A program made the translations under genes and the position numbers. A DNA stretch of 41,236 nucleotides, taken from positions 1 through 41,236 of the IMG/VR virus record IMGVR_UViG_3300017989_000204. One strand, written 5' to 3'. This document shows positions 9,253 to 18,526 of the stretch, in pieces. Origin of the DNA: a virus. Taxonomy: Duplodnaviria > Caudoviricetes. The notes under the pieces were generated by a model. The model saw nothing but the letters and a program-made list of their open reading frames with translations, had not been told where the DNA came from and did not search any database. The stretch's first letter is position 1. The number at the start of each line of letters is the position of its first letter.

Positions 9253-9470
9253 ATCGGCCTCCCTGCACAAGTCGTGGGCTCGATGTCCATGTCGAGCAAG
9301 CAGTAGATCAGCACCTCAACCTCGCACCCAGCCCACTTCCGAATGGTCTTGCAGAGCTTCTTCTGCTCGTCGCTGTTCAACCGGTGGGTAGTTCTCACCA
9401 GGATGCGGTCGCCCGGCTCGAACCGGAGGCGTGAACAACTGACATCTGCGATTCTCGGCATTTTCGGCAT
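9249..9470 (-). CDS. Hypothetical protein (73 aa)
   Basis: GGAGG RBS; coupled to neighbours. Confidence 0.55.
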   Translation of the reverse strand: MPKMPRIADVSCSRLRFEPGDRILVRTTHRLNSDEQKKLCKTIRKWAGCEVEVLIYCLLDMDIEPTTCAGRPM

Positions 9471-9473
9471 GGT

Positions 9474-9788
9474 TCATTCCCTCCACTCCAGTTTCTTGCG
9501 GTCCTGTCCCCGCAGGTCGCAGTTCATGTCAACCGTCCACTGGGCAAGCAATTTCAAAGCCCGTTCTTCATCGTCGGTGTTCAACAACACTCCTTGCTTG
9601 TGGCGAACCATCATCCTCCGCCACAACAGCATGGCTGAATCGATGTCATTGGGAATCGGCAAGCATTCGCCGCGTATCCGGAGCCACGACTGGCAGAGAT
9701 TGAGGAACCGGTGCTCGACAGCATCGCCCAGGGCAACCGTGTCAGGGCTGCTTCGCTTCATCGGGTTTCGGTGTATCGGCTTGCTCAT
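9474..9788 (-). CDS. Hypothetical protein (104 aa)
   Basis: ATG with GGGGA upstream; directly follows the HD-domain cassette. Confidence 0.55.
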   Translation of the reverse strand: MSKPIHRNPMKRSSPDTVALGDAVEHRFLNLCQSWLRIRGECLPIPNDIDSAMLLWRRMMVRHKQGVLLNTDDEERALKLLAQWTVDMNCDLRGQDRKKLEWRE

Positions 9789-11199
9789 TGTATTCCCCGT
9801 ACAAGTTTCGTTTCATCTTCCTCTGGGCTGCTTGCATCTTCCGCATCGCGGAAATCAACGCCTTTCGGAACCGTTCCACTTCCGATTCGAGCACGACCTG
9901 TCCCGTCTTGGGATTCTTGAATTCGAACGAGAGCGACTTCTTGAAGTAATCTTTCGGATACCCATAAGTTTCGGCCAACTTGGCAAACTGTCTCTGGTCG
10001 AACTCTCCCAGCTTGTTCAACTCGGTTACTTCTGGGCTTTCCTTGATCTTGACCTTCACATGGCCCCTCGTCCAACTGACTCCAGCGACTTCCCCGCCCA
10101 ACATCCCCAGGGTGAACTTGGCCGTGTATTTGTTCGTCTCGTTGGCCGCCCGCATCATCTGCTCTTTCATCCGCGGCGGAAGCCCGGAATCCTGAATGTT
10201 CTTCCGCATCCGTTTCTGGCCCTCTTCGACCGATATTCTCTTCGAACCGACGTCCTTCAGCACCTGAAGATTGCCGTCCACCTGCTTGAACACCCCGGGC
10301 AGCTTTTCCCTGCGGAACAAAGCCATGTTGTCCGCAACCCGGCACGCCGATGCCACCGGGTCGTTTCCCCAGTCCATGTCGGTCGAATCATGCGTGCGGA
10401 TGATGTGTTGAACTTCACCGACAGCCTTCGTGCCCATGGCCTTCTCGACCAGCGGCCGAACGTTCGCGTCGAAGTGCTGTGCCGACCATCTCGGGTGCCC
10501 TTCATCCAGGAAGTTCTGGCTTGGGGGAGTCATGTAACCGGAGTCGTGGAACAGCATGGCTGTCTGGGCAATCGCATTCTCTTTCGCGGAAACAGCATCT
10601 GGCCGGCTGTTCAAGATCGATTCCGCCATCTCGATGTTGCCCGAGATGTGCCGAACTCCGTGGTCGCCAAGAGTTCTGCCCAACGATTCGATGTCTTGGG
10701 CAGCCAAACAGTCCATTCCTTCCATCACCAATTCCCTGGCATGCTCCGGTTTGATGCCGGCCTTCTCCAGAGTATCCGCGTAGTTGTCCATCGTCTTCTT
10801 CAAGATCTGGCGTTCTTCCGTGCCGACCCTGTCTTTCAAGTGATCGGTCCGTGCAGCGATGTCTGCCTTCAAGTCACCCGTGTTCGGTCGCGGGGGCATG
10901 CCTTCCAACAATTGATTCTGCCTCGCTTTCACCGAACGAGTCGCGTCGGCAATGGCATCCCGTTCAGCAACGGGCATTTCCCCCCACTCACCTCTCGGGT
11001 CGTCTTTCTTTGCCCATTCATCTTTGTTGAACTTGGGCTTGTAGCCGCCGCTGGCGCCGTTTCCCCCGCCTCCGCCAGCAGTTCTGCCGCCGCCTCGTCC
11101 GTGGCTCAACTGGTTGTGCCGGCCCTGGAGATGCTTCAAGTGCTCCAGTTCATCCTTCACTTGTTTCAACTCTTGAAGAAGCTGTTTTCGGCTTTTCAT
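9742..11199 (-). CDS. Tagged effector: HD-superfamily phosphohydrolase
   Basis: Leader MKSRKQLLQELKQVKDELEHL, tag KHLQGRHNQLSHG, then DHGVRH...LFHDSGY...H...THD...RVADN metal-binding pattern. Confidence 0.8.
   Translation of the reverse strand: MKSRKQLLQELKQVKDELEHLKHLQGRHNQLSHGRGGGRTAGGGGGNGASGGYKPKFNKDEWAKKDDPRGEWGEMPVAERDAIADATRSVKARQNQLLEGMPPRPNTGDLKADIAARTDHLKDRVGTEERQILKKTMDNYADTLEKAGIKPEHARELVMEGMDCLAAQDIESLGRTLGDHGVRHISGNIEMAESILNSRPDAVSAKENAIAQTAMLFHDSGYMTPPSQNFLDEGHPRWSAQHFDANVRPLVEKAMGTKAVGEVQHIIRTHDSTDMDWGNDPVASACRVADNMALFRREKLPGVFKQVDGNLQVLKDVGSKRISVEEGQKRMRKNIQDSGLPPRMKEQMMRAANETNKYTAKFTLGMLGGEVAGVSWTRGHVKVKIKESPEVTELNKLGEFDQRQFAKLAETYGYPKDYFKKSLSFEFKNPKTGQVVLESEVERFRKALISAMRKMQAAQRKMKRNLYGEYNEQADTPKPDEAKQP
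11101..11136 (-). repeat. Tag copy 1 KHLQGRHNQLSH (precedes HD domain)
   Basis: + strand gtggctcaactggttgtgccggccctggagatgctt. Confidence 0.95.
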
Positions 11200-11213
11200 G
11201 TCAATGCCTCTCT

Positions 11214-11969
11214 TCAATCAGCCACGGCACCTTTCGGCAACCCGTTCATGATCATGTTTCGTCCTTCTTTGGACATGTAATCGAACACCTCGTACGAGCC
11301 CTTCGACAGCACGGTTTGCGTCACGAACTCGCTCGACAAGTGAACACCCTTGTATGCAGTTGTTTCCGAATCCTTCCAAGTCGGATCGACTACTTTTCCG
11401 CTCCTGTCAACGCACCACGCATGATTCACCGGAATGAGACCCTTTGGAAACGCCACGCCTTCAACGTACGTGTATTCATCGGGTTCGTCTTGCATGAGAT
11501 CGAATGCATTCTTGAAGCACTCTTTCATCCTGCCCTGCTTGATTCCTGCCGGCCTCGGCTGGGCCTCGTCGAACTGTCCCAGTTCTTGAACGATGTGCTC
11601 TGTTCCCCCGTATTTCATATCCCGCCCTTCGGTGTTGTCTTTCTGCATTCTTGAGATCATTTCCACATAGTTTTCCAATTCCTTCTCTTGTTCAGTCGCC
11701 GGCGTTGTTCTCTTTTCTCTCCCGCCGGACGAACCGCCCGCATCTGGCGACATCTGAGCACCGCCGCCCCGGCCGTGGCTCAACTGGTTGTGCCGGCCCT
11801 GGAGGTGCTTGGTGTATCCAGCAGGCAAGTTCCAAGCATCTGCAACTTCGGAAACATCGACATCAAGACCAGGGTCGTAACTCGGCGGCTGCAGCACATC
11901 GACCAACAACCCTTCGACCGGCTGTCCTTTGTCGACGAACAATTCTGGCACCATCAGTTTCTTTGCCAT
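11214..11969 (-). CDS. Tagged effector: papain/transglutaminase-like Cys-His-Asp fold
   Basis: After the tag: ECFKNA...YVEGVA...NHAWCVD...VVDPTW. Confidence 0.65.
   Translation of the reverse strand: MAKKLMVPELFVDKGQPVEGLLVDVLQPPSYDPGLDVDVSEVADAWNLPAGYTKHLQGRHNQLSHGRGGGAQMSPDAGGSSGGREKRTTPATEQEKELENYVEMISRMQKDNTEGRDMKYGGTEHIVQELGQFDEAQPRPAGIKQGRMKECFKNAFDLMQDEPDEYTYVEGVAFPKGLIPVNHAWCVDRSGKVVDPTWKDSETTAYKGVHLSSEFVTQTVLSKGSYEVFDYMSKEGRNMIMNGLPKGAVAD
11775..11810 (-). repeat. Tag copy 2 (precedes Cys-His-Asp domain)
   Basis: Part of a 75-bp exact repeat shared with copy 4. Confidence 0.95.
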
Positions 11970-11977
11970 GGGATTTT

Positions 11978-14500
11978 CTATATCAAGGGTGATATGTCCA
12001 TCGCATCAAAAGCTTCCGACATCATGGGAAACTCCGCCGTCGCTTCATCTGGATTCATGTACAAAACCCTTCCAAATTCAGCAAATGCTTCCTGCGGGCT
12101 TGCCATCGCATAGTGCGTCAAAACCGCTCGCTGCTGGCGCAGGGTCGGCACTACTACTTCCGTCATGCTTCTTTGGTACCAGTCCTCGGTGCTGCTGTAA
12201 GGTTCTTCGTAGTTTCCGTGTTTTCTCATGTACCCATAGTCGATCGCGTGAACCATCTCGTGCAGATACAACTGCTTCATGTGCTCCTTGTTCAAGCCAA
12301 TTCCACGGGGAACCGAATCGAGAACGAGCGTTCTCGTGACGCCGTCGTAGAATCCACCGACCCCGTCGTCGCCGGCATCATCCCACCCTCTGCTTTTCAT
12401 CATTCTCGCTTCCAGCTTCGCTTCCTCCGTGATCATTCTCGTCGAATTTCTGAACTCGATGTGGTCGACGCCGTGCAGCATCAATTCTACAGCCTCTTCA
12501 GGCATCCTGTCCAAGGCCTCCTCCATCGCCTCCATGTACAACTTCCTTTTCCCGGGAGACAGCTTTCGTTGCTGCTGCAGCTCGATCTCCATGTCGGTGT
12601 CGATCTTGCTCTGCAGCCGTTTCGCCCTGCCGGGATCTTCGAGTGCAATCTCCTCTATCTTCTTCTTCAGCAATTCTCGTTTCTTCTTTATCCTGGCCGA
12701 ACGGTCTCTGGCATCCAATCCCTTCTCGGCCATCGCCAGAATCTTCTTGCCAGCAGGGGACTTCGAAGCTCCGGAATTCAGCGAGATGTCTTCGATTCCT
12801 TCTATCTCGTATTCATGCATCGCATGCAAAGACGATGAGCCTCCCCGGCCGTGGCTCAACTGGTTGTGCCGGCCCTGCAGGTGCTTTTCCCCCTTTTCTG
12901 GTCGAACTAGTTGTTTCTTCGACAAGACTGCATAAGTATCAATGTATCCCCCGTAAAGCACGTCCTGAAAATGCAAACCGTCGTAACCTCTCTTGGCCAG
13001 TTCTTCCCTTACTGCTTTGGAATAGAGCAAATCTGGCAAGTGATTTCCTTGTTCGCTCGGGCCGAGACCTTCCAATGTTTCGCTGTAGACGTCTCCTGCT
13101 GGATACTTGACAAAATCATTGATCCCGACCTTCTCCGCAATTTCGACCAGTTCCGGACTCGTCCCAGTATCAACGAGCTCCAGAGGATTCTCCATTGAAA
13201 TATAGAACTCTCCTACTGCTTCCCCTTCTGAAGTATATTCAGTTGCTCCAGACTGGCTCGTCGTCAAGAAGACCGGACCATCCTCCGACGGCTCCCCGCC
13301 CCGATAGAGCAATAGGGGGTTCCCATCAGGACCCAAAAGCAGCTTTTGTTCTTCTCCCCCACCACCAAAACTACTGCCCGCATCTGGCGACATCTGAGCA
13401 CCGCCGCCCCGGCCGTGGCTCAACTGGTTGTGCCGGCCCTGGAGGTGCTTCTTTCCTTGCAATTCGACGAGCAACTCTTCGACTCTTTCCGACAAGACAC
13501 TGAACTTTTCCGCATTCGCCCCGATCTTTGGACTCAACACCTGTTCGGGATCGAATCCTTCTTCGATGTAGTTGCCAAGCTGGTACAGTGCTTCATTGAT
13601 GGCTGCCAGTCTTTCTTGCAGGCGCATCAAGATGCTTCTGCTTTCACCGGCAGTTCGTTCGCCCATGTTCTCTTCAACATCGGACAGGATTCGCTGCACC
13701 TCGTCCAACTGCTCTGTAGTTTCAATGACCAGATCTTCTGCCCAAGCAGAGTCGTATTCATCTTGTTCTTGAGCTTCCTCTCGTTCACGGCGCCTCGACT
13801 CTTGTTCCTCTTCCGATTGCAATCTCTGCTCTTCTCGCCGATGATATCCCTCGATCAATTCTTGAGCATGTTCATCCCGCAGCCCGTAATCCATCCCGAT
13901 CGTGCACTGGCAGTTGCACCGCTCCGACGGCGGAAGGCTGATGTGACCGGGCCACGGAATCCGGTATCCCGCCAGCTCCCACATGCCGTCCTTGTCCGCC
14001 GGCACCCCGTCCAAATCGGCATGGCTGTCTCGGGTAGTCGTGCCGAGTACCGACAGCCACACCGGCCGCATCACGCCGCCCATGCGCGGATCAAGTTGCG
14101 ATTGAACATCAGCCATCAACCGGTTCATTCCGTCCTTTCTGGCAGCGTTCAACGCGTGGCCGGCCTCCGTTCTCGCGATGTTCGTGGCCCGGTTGACGGC
14201 GTACTTGTAACTGCCGCCGGAGAAGTCCTGGGACATCCGCTGGGCCATCTGCCTGATCGACAAGCCGTCTCTCAGTCCAGCTTGCAGCCACCGCTCGGCA
14301 TCCCCGGAAAACGTCTCGGCGATGTCGTCCCAGTAGGGCTGCTCGAATGTTTCGACGAGGCGGTCGGCCACCGACTGCTTCATCCAATCCGGGTACTCAG
14401 TCAGCACATCCAGGGGCAGTCCGGAATCGGCGAGCATTTCCTCGAATTCAGCCAGGGCTCCCGGCCTCTCGGCCAACCATTCTGATGCTGTGCTGGGCAT
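11978..14500 (-). CDS. MuF (phage Mu gpF / SPP1 gp7-like) head protein fused to tagged ART-like and zincin domains
   Basis: RATNIARTE...WLS..TTRDSH..LDG...PWPG...RCNCQCT MuF core; tag then LYRG..VFLT..A.EY..YISMENPL..GYDG (ART-PolyVal-like); tag then HEMVH..YAMASPQEAFAE. Confidence 0.88.
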   Translation of the reverse strand: MPSTASEWLAERPGALAEFEEMLADSGLPLDVLTEYPDWMKQSVADRLVETFEQPYWDDIAETFSGDAERWLQAGLRDGLSIRQMAQRMSQDFSGGSYKYAVNRATNIARTEAGHALNAARKDGMNRLMADVQSQLDPRMGGVMRPVWLSVLGTTTRDSHADLDGVPADKDGMWELAGYRIPWPGHISLPPSERCNCQCTIGMDYGLRDEHAQELIEGYHRREEQRLQSEEEQESRRREREEAQEQDEYDSAWAEDLVIETTEQLDEVQRILSDVEENMGERTAGESRSILMRLQERLAAINEALYQLGNYIEEGFDPEQVLSPKIGANAEKFSVLSERVEELLVELQGKKHLQGRHNQLSHGRGGGAQMSPDAGSSFGGGGEEQKLLLGPDGNPLLLYRGGEPSEDGPVFLTTSQSGATEYTSEGEAVGEFYISMENPLELVDTGTSPELVEIAEKVGINDFVKYPAGDVYSETLEGLGPSEQGNHLPDLLYSKAVREELAKRGYDGLHFQDVLYGGYIDTYAVLSKKQLVRPEKGEKHLQGRHNQLSHGRGGSSSLHAMHEYEIEGIEDISLNSGASKSPAGKKILAMAEKGLDARDRSARIKKKRELLKKKIEEIALEDPGRAKRLQSKIDTDMEIELQQQRKLSPGKRKLYMEAMEEALDRMPEEAVELMLHGVDHIEFRNSTRMITEEAKLEARMMKSRGWDDAGDDGVGGFYDGVTRTLVLDSVPRGIGLNKEHMKQLYLHEMVHAIDYGYMRKHGNYEEPYSSTEDWYQRSMTEVVVPTLRQQRAVLTHYAMASPQEAFAEFGRVLYMNPDEATAEFPMMSEAFDAMDISPLI
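12851..12886 (-). repeat. Tag copy 3 (precedes zincin)
   Basis: gtggctcaactggttgtgccggccctgcaggtgctt. Confidence 0.95.
13415..13450 (-). repeat. Tag copy 4 (precedes ART-PolyVal-like domain)
   Basis: gtggctcaactggttgtgccggccctggaggtgctt. Confidence 0.95.
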
Positions 14501-14518
14501 GTGCTACTCCTGTGACTC

Positions 14519-15205
14519 TCATTTTGACAATCGACCCAAGTTGATCCACGTGCCGTCCAAATACATCTCGATGTTCGTCGAGGGCACGCTTCTCGTTATC
14601 ACATGCTCCCTCGTCGAATCCTTGTCAAGTTCCGGAGTCTTGTCGTAACTCAGCATGCCGTCGTCGTCCACGCTTCCGTGCTTGACGTTGCTTCGCTTCA
14701 TTCGGAGCATCACGGGTTGATCCGGGGCCGACCTTTCGTTGCCCACCATGGATCCCCAGAAATGAGCAGCCTCGAGGTGGGGTGCCACTGAGATCCACGA
14801 GTTTCTCGATGCTTCCAGACCGTTTTCAGCTATGGCCGGCAAGTTCTTGGCCGTCGTAGCATGATACTCGTAATCTTTCCCAGGAGCCGGGTCGTTTGAC
14901 ACGGGCGGGAATCGTTCCTTCTTGGAACGCACCGTGTTGAAAGCACCGAAAGAACTGCCTCCACCACCTCCTCGACCATGAGTCAACTGGTTGTGCCGTC
15001 CTTGGAGGTGTTTTTCTCCTTCGACCTCTTCGTCTTCCAACTCCAGCGGGTCGAAGCCGAGCACGGCAACCACATCTGCAGGAGTTTCTTCCAGCTCTTC
15101 ATCATCGGGATCGATGTCCACAAAATCAAATTCGCGCCAATCGGGCAAGGGCTGCCCGATCTCGCCGAAATGAACATCAGATTCCAAGCCTTCGATTTCT
15201 GCCAT
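14519..15205 (-). CDS. Tagged effector: ADP-ribosyltransferase-like domain (YHxT..NL..I..NGL) with acidic N-terminal leader
   Basis: AGGAGG RBS before MAEIEG; tag; YHATTAKNLPAIAENGL...PVMLR...EHVITRSVP resembles Tpt1/KptA-related ART folds. Confidence 0.6.
   Translation of the reverse strand: MAEIEGLESDVHFGEIGQPLPDWREFDFVDIDPDDEELEETPADVVAVLGFDPLELEDEEVEGEKHLQGRHNQLTHGRGGGGGSSFGAFNTVRSKKERFPPVSNDPAPGKDYEYHATTAKNLPAIAENGLEASRNSWISVAPHLEAAHFWGSMVGNERSAPDQPVMLRMKRSNVKHGSVDDDGMLSYDKTPELDKDSTREHVITRSVPSTNIEMYLDGTWINLGRLSK
14978..15013 (-). repeat. Tag copy 5 (precedes YHxT ART-like domain)
   Basis: Encodes KHLQGRHNQLTH. Confidence 0.95.
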
Positions 15206-15224
15206 GGCCCATTCCTCCTGTTTA

Positions 15225-16982
15225 TTATATCCCTGCAGAGTTCCGCCAACCAGAGAACACGGTCGGATCGATGTACGCCTGCAGTGCGACCTTTGGCGTG
15301 TTTCCAAGTACCTTCGAAACCTGCTTGGCGACATCGTTGACCGCCTTCTTGTATTCCTTCTCGTTGGCCGGCTTGGGCATCGACTTTATTTTCTTGATGG
15401 CTGTGGTCGTGCCCTTCGCCGTCCTGAAATCCTTGGTCTTGAAATCCCCGCCGTCCTTGGTCTTGGCATAACTCAAAACCTGCCCCGCAGAAGCATCGAA
15501 CAGCTGTCCCTTGCTCCCAGCTGCTTGCTTTCTGCGGAGCAAGTCACGGGCGACAACCGGGTCATCGACCAATATGTCGATGTTCACTCCCTTCTTGCCC
15601 GTGAACTTGAGATGTACTTTTCCCCGAACCGTTCGAACATGCCTTCCTTCGAGAGTAGTCGCCCCATAAGCCTTCTTGTCAGCAAGAGTATCGCGCGTGC
15701 TGCCGGGGCGCAAGCCCGTCGCTTGTATCAATCTCATGCAGGCAGCTCGTTCCTTGAGCTTCGGGTTCTTGATGTCCTTGTTGATTTCTTTTCTCAACGC
15801 GTCTTGCTTCTTTCTCAATTCCGCGGTCTTGGCAAACTTTGCTGCTGCAGCCTTCATGTTGTGGGATGCAGAATACTTTGCTTGACTTCTGCCCTTCTCG
15901 TCAAATCCGGTAACAAGTACATCATCCTTTGGATCGGTGCTGACCTTGACATTCTTCCACTTGGGCGGCACATATCCCACATGCTTGGGAAGAGGCTTTC
16001 CGTTCTCCAACACCCATTTCTTTCCGGCCCGTTTCGCCGGCACCATGCCCGGATGATCGCTGATTCTTCTTCTGCCGACGCCTCGTCCATGAGTCAACTG
16101 GTTGTGCCAGCCCTGCAGGTGCTTGGTCTTGGTGGGATCGACTCCGGCTTCGATCATCTGGGCATGCATCGCTTCGAGCATCGACCGTGCCATCTCGGGC
16201 AGCAACCGGTCGACCATCTCGTTCTTCCAGCGGGGGTCGTTGGCATCGAAGGCAAGGGGAAGAAGAGATATGGATGTGGTGGGGGCTTTGCGGAGGTCTT
16301 GCGGCAGAAGAAACTGTTTCTGCTTCTTCAGTTCCAAGTAGTAGTATGGCTTCTTCTTGTGCCCACGTTGAAATCCGTGTTTCTTCAACAGATGTTCGCC
16401 GCCGGGAGATTGAGCATAGGACGTGACATAACGAGCTCCGGCAGACTTGGCATCTTTCAAAGCAGATTCCATCGCCGCAGTGCCCCACCCCTTTTGGCCT
16501 CCCGACTTGAGATTGTCGGGAGCCGTCGCAACTGCTTGTATCTCTACATAGTCACCATCGACGTCTTTGATTGCTCGATGCTTGCCACCGAAGGGCTTTC
16601 CCTTGCCCGCTGTCTGAACATTGTACATTGCTTGAGGATGACCGTTCTCATCAACAAGCACGCGGGTTCCTTCAAGATATTTTGTCTTCGTCAGCAGCTT
16701 GGCTGCCAGCTTCTGCTCATCTGTTCCCCCTTTCGCTTGATCAGCCCATTCCTTTGCATACGAATTGCCCGGCTCTCCATCGTGGTTCGGATTCGTTGCC
16801 AAAATCTTGCCAGGCTGCCTCTTGGCACCTCCACCCCCACCGCCACGACCATGCGTCAACTGGTTGTGCCGGCCCTGGAGGTGCTTGGTCAACTTAGACT
16901 GGAAGAAACTGTAGAATAGAGAATGATGTTCCCTATCACCCAACCGCCTCACCAATTCTGGTGTGACATCAGACTTGCTCAT
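15225..16982 (-). CDS. Two-tag polyprotein: GNAT acetyltransferase + putative MuF N-terminal fragment + type IB DNA topoisomerase
   Basis: GNAT: VEIQAVAT..QKGWGTAAM. TopIB: VPPKW, GRSQAKY, GLRPG, YGATTL..RHV, FTGKKG, KDFRT, LGNTPKVALQAYIDP, with the R-K-R-N-Y catalytic set intact. Confidence 0.88.
   Translation of the reverse strand: MSKSDVTPELVRRLGDREHHSLFYSFFQSKLTKHLQGRHNQLTHGRGGGGGGAKRQPGKILATNPNHDGEPGNSYAKEWADQAKGGTDEQKLAAKLLTKTKYLEGTRVLVDENGHPQAMYNVQTAGKGKPFGGKHRAIKDVDGDYVEIQAVATAPDNLKSGGQKGWGTAAMESALKDAKSAGARYVTSYAQSPGGEHLLKKHGFQRGHKKKPYYYLELKKQKQFLLPQDLRKAPTTSISLLPLAFDANDPRWKNEMVDRLLPEMARSMLEAMHAQMIEAGVDPTKTKHLQGWHNQLTHGRGVGRRRISDHPGMVPAKRAGKKWVLENGKPLPKHVGYVPPKWKNVKVSTDPKDDVLVTGFDEKGRSQAKYSASHNMKAAAAKFAKTAELRKKQDALRKEINKDIKNPKLKERAACMRLIQATGLRPGSTRDTLADKKAYGATTLEGRHVRTVRGKVHLKFTGKKGVNIDILVDDPVVARDLLRRKQAAGSKGQLFDASAGQVLSYAKTKDGGDFKTKDFRTAKGTTTAIKKIKSMPKPANEKEYKKAVNDVAKQVSKVLGNTPKVALQAYIDPTVFSGWRNSAGI
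16089..16124 (-). repeat. Tag copy 6 (precedes TopIB)
   Basis: Encodes KHLQGWHNQLTH (R to W variant). Confidence 0.95.
16851..16886 (-). repeat. Tag copy 7 (precedes GNAT)
   Basis: Encodes KHLQGRHNQLTH. Confidence 0.95.
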
Positions 16983-18526
16983 ATCTCCTCCAATTCAACT
17001 TCCCACACCGGCCATCCTCTAAGCTCGCTTTCCGTCTTTTCCAGCTCCGCCGAAATCACTCTGTAACGAGAACCCCGCCGGGCGACCACTTCTTTCAATA
17101 CACGAGATGGCCCCATCTTGTCCCCGATATCCGAAAAGTCAGCTCCCGTTTTGGCCTTTATAGCAAGCACGATATCTTCATTGCCTGGCTTAGTGGGTGA
17201 CAATGCATCCCCGATGAACCTGTATGCCAACCCCTGCCTCTTCGAGCATGATGCCGAAGCTTCAAAGGTAATCTCGTTGCCCACGGTTTTGAATTGTTCA
17301 GCTACTGGAGGGGACAGATTAGCCAGTCCACGGTACATCACACCATTCCAGTCAGGTGCTCGATCTATCGCAGAATGAAATGCATCTAACATCTCTTCAG
17401 ATGTTCCCTCCTTGGGAAGCATCCCAACTTCCATTCTGCGAATGTCACCGGACACTCCCCAACCTCCCCACTTTTCGACAGCCTTCATCTCCTCACTAGA
17501 CAATGATTCCTTCCACTCCTGTTGTGATCCCCCACCGCCACGACCATGCGTCAACTGGTTGTGTCGTCCCTGCAGGTGCTTGGTCTTGGTGGGATCGAAG
17601 CCGGTGTCGATTAGCAGATCACTTGATAGATGCTTCTTGTTGTCCCCAGATACATGCTTGCGTGGACTGATTCCATTGGACTTGAGTTTCTTGGCTACTG
17701 CGGCGTAGGTTTTCGGCATTGCATCCTGAATGCTGAACCCATTGTGTCTTTCATCATTGCCATGAACAGCAGCAAAACATGCTGAAAATGCCTCTTCAGG
17801 AGAACCATAAGCATAGCTCCAAGATCCAACTGGATCTTCCCACGACGGGCCGGGCTTCTTCGGCTTCATGGCCTTTTCGTCGGCCCTCAATGTGGAAGAC
17901 AATCCCTTTTCAGACCAGTAAGCATGTTGATCAAAAGTTCTTTCGGAAACAGGTATCTTCGACGACAATGCAGCATCCACGGCATGCCCCATTTCATGCA
18001 CGACGTCGATCGGTTCTGCTGCTCGATCTTCGCTGTAGATGCTGTGTCTTATGCCTCCCTTGCGGACTGCTATGACGCCCTGGTACTTCAGATAGGACGC
18101 TCGTCCAACGTCTGCCCGGTCGCTGTCTACAATGCGAATGCCATTCTCTTCCATCAAGGAAATGGTCCTGTCATTGACCATGCCCAAAGCATCTTGAACG
18201 ACCTTTTGTTTCGATTCATTGATCGGAGATTTTCTTCCCTCCCCGCTGCCCCCGCTGCCCCTACCGTGCGTCAGCTGGTTGTGCCGGCCCTGAAGATGTT
18301 TCTCGCCGGGTGCCAGCTCCAGCAGCCGCTCCGCCGTCTCCCTGATCTGCTCCTCGAACAACGGGGCCAGTGCCGAAACGATCCGTTCGTGCAGCAGCTT
18401 CTCCTGCCGGTCGAATACCTTGCGGCTGATGTCCAACCGGAGCTTGCGCCTCTCGACGCGGGCCTTCAACGCCAGCGACTCGGCCAGCACGTTCTCGATG
18501 ATGGGGAGGGCTGGATGCTGCTTCAT
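16979..18526 (-). CDS. Two-tag polyprotein: putative MuF N-terminus + HExxH zincin + VIP2-like ADP-ribosyltransferase
   Basis: HEMGHAVD...YAYGSPEEAF; MYRGL...SASCS...KEVVARRGSRYRV; coupled directly to the portal stop codon. Confidence 0.8.
   Translation of the reverse strand: MKQHPALPIIENVLAESLALKARVERRKLRLDISRKVFDRQEKLLHERIVSALAPLFEEQIRETAERLLELAPGEKHLQGRHNQLTHGRGSGGSGEGRKSPINESKQKVVQDALGMVNDRTISLMEENGIRIVDSDRADVGRASYLKYQGVIAVRKGGIRHSIYSEDRAAEPIDVVHEMGHAVDAALSSKIPVSERTFDQHAYWSEKGLSSTLRADEKAMKPKKPGPSWEDPVGSWSYAYGSPEEAFSACFAAVHGNDERHNGFSIQDAMPKTYAAVAKKLKSNGISPRKHVSGDNKKHLSSDLLIDTGFDPTKTKHLQGRHNQLTHGRGGGGSQQEWKESLSSEEMKAVEKWGGWGVSGDIRRMEVGMLPKEGTSEEMLDAFHSAIDRAPDWNGVMYRGLANLSPPVAEQFKTVGNEITFEASASCSKRQGLAYRFIGDALSPTKPGNEDIVLAIKAKTGADFSDIGDKMGPSRVLKEVVARRGSRYRVISAELEKTESELRGWPVWEVELEEI
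17546..17581 (-). repeat. Tag copy 8 (precedes VIP2-like ART)
   Basis: Encodes KHLQGRHNQLTH. Confidence 0.95.
18266..18301 (-). repeat. Tag copy 9 (precedes zincin)
   Basis: Encodes KHLQGRHNQLTH. Confidence 0.95.

Noticed and set aside
9343-11280. Long plus-strand ORFs (9343-11280, 15204-16919, 18553-20133, 4723-6204, 37393-39000)
   Set aside because: Antisense to well-supported minus-strand genes, with no recognisable motifs; expected in GC-rich DNA.
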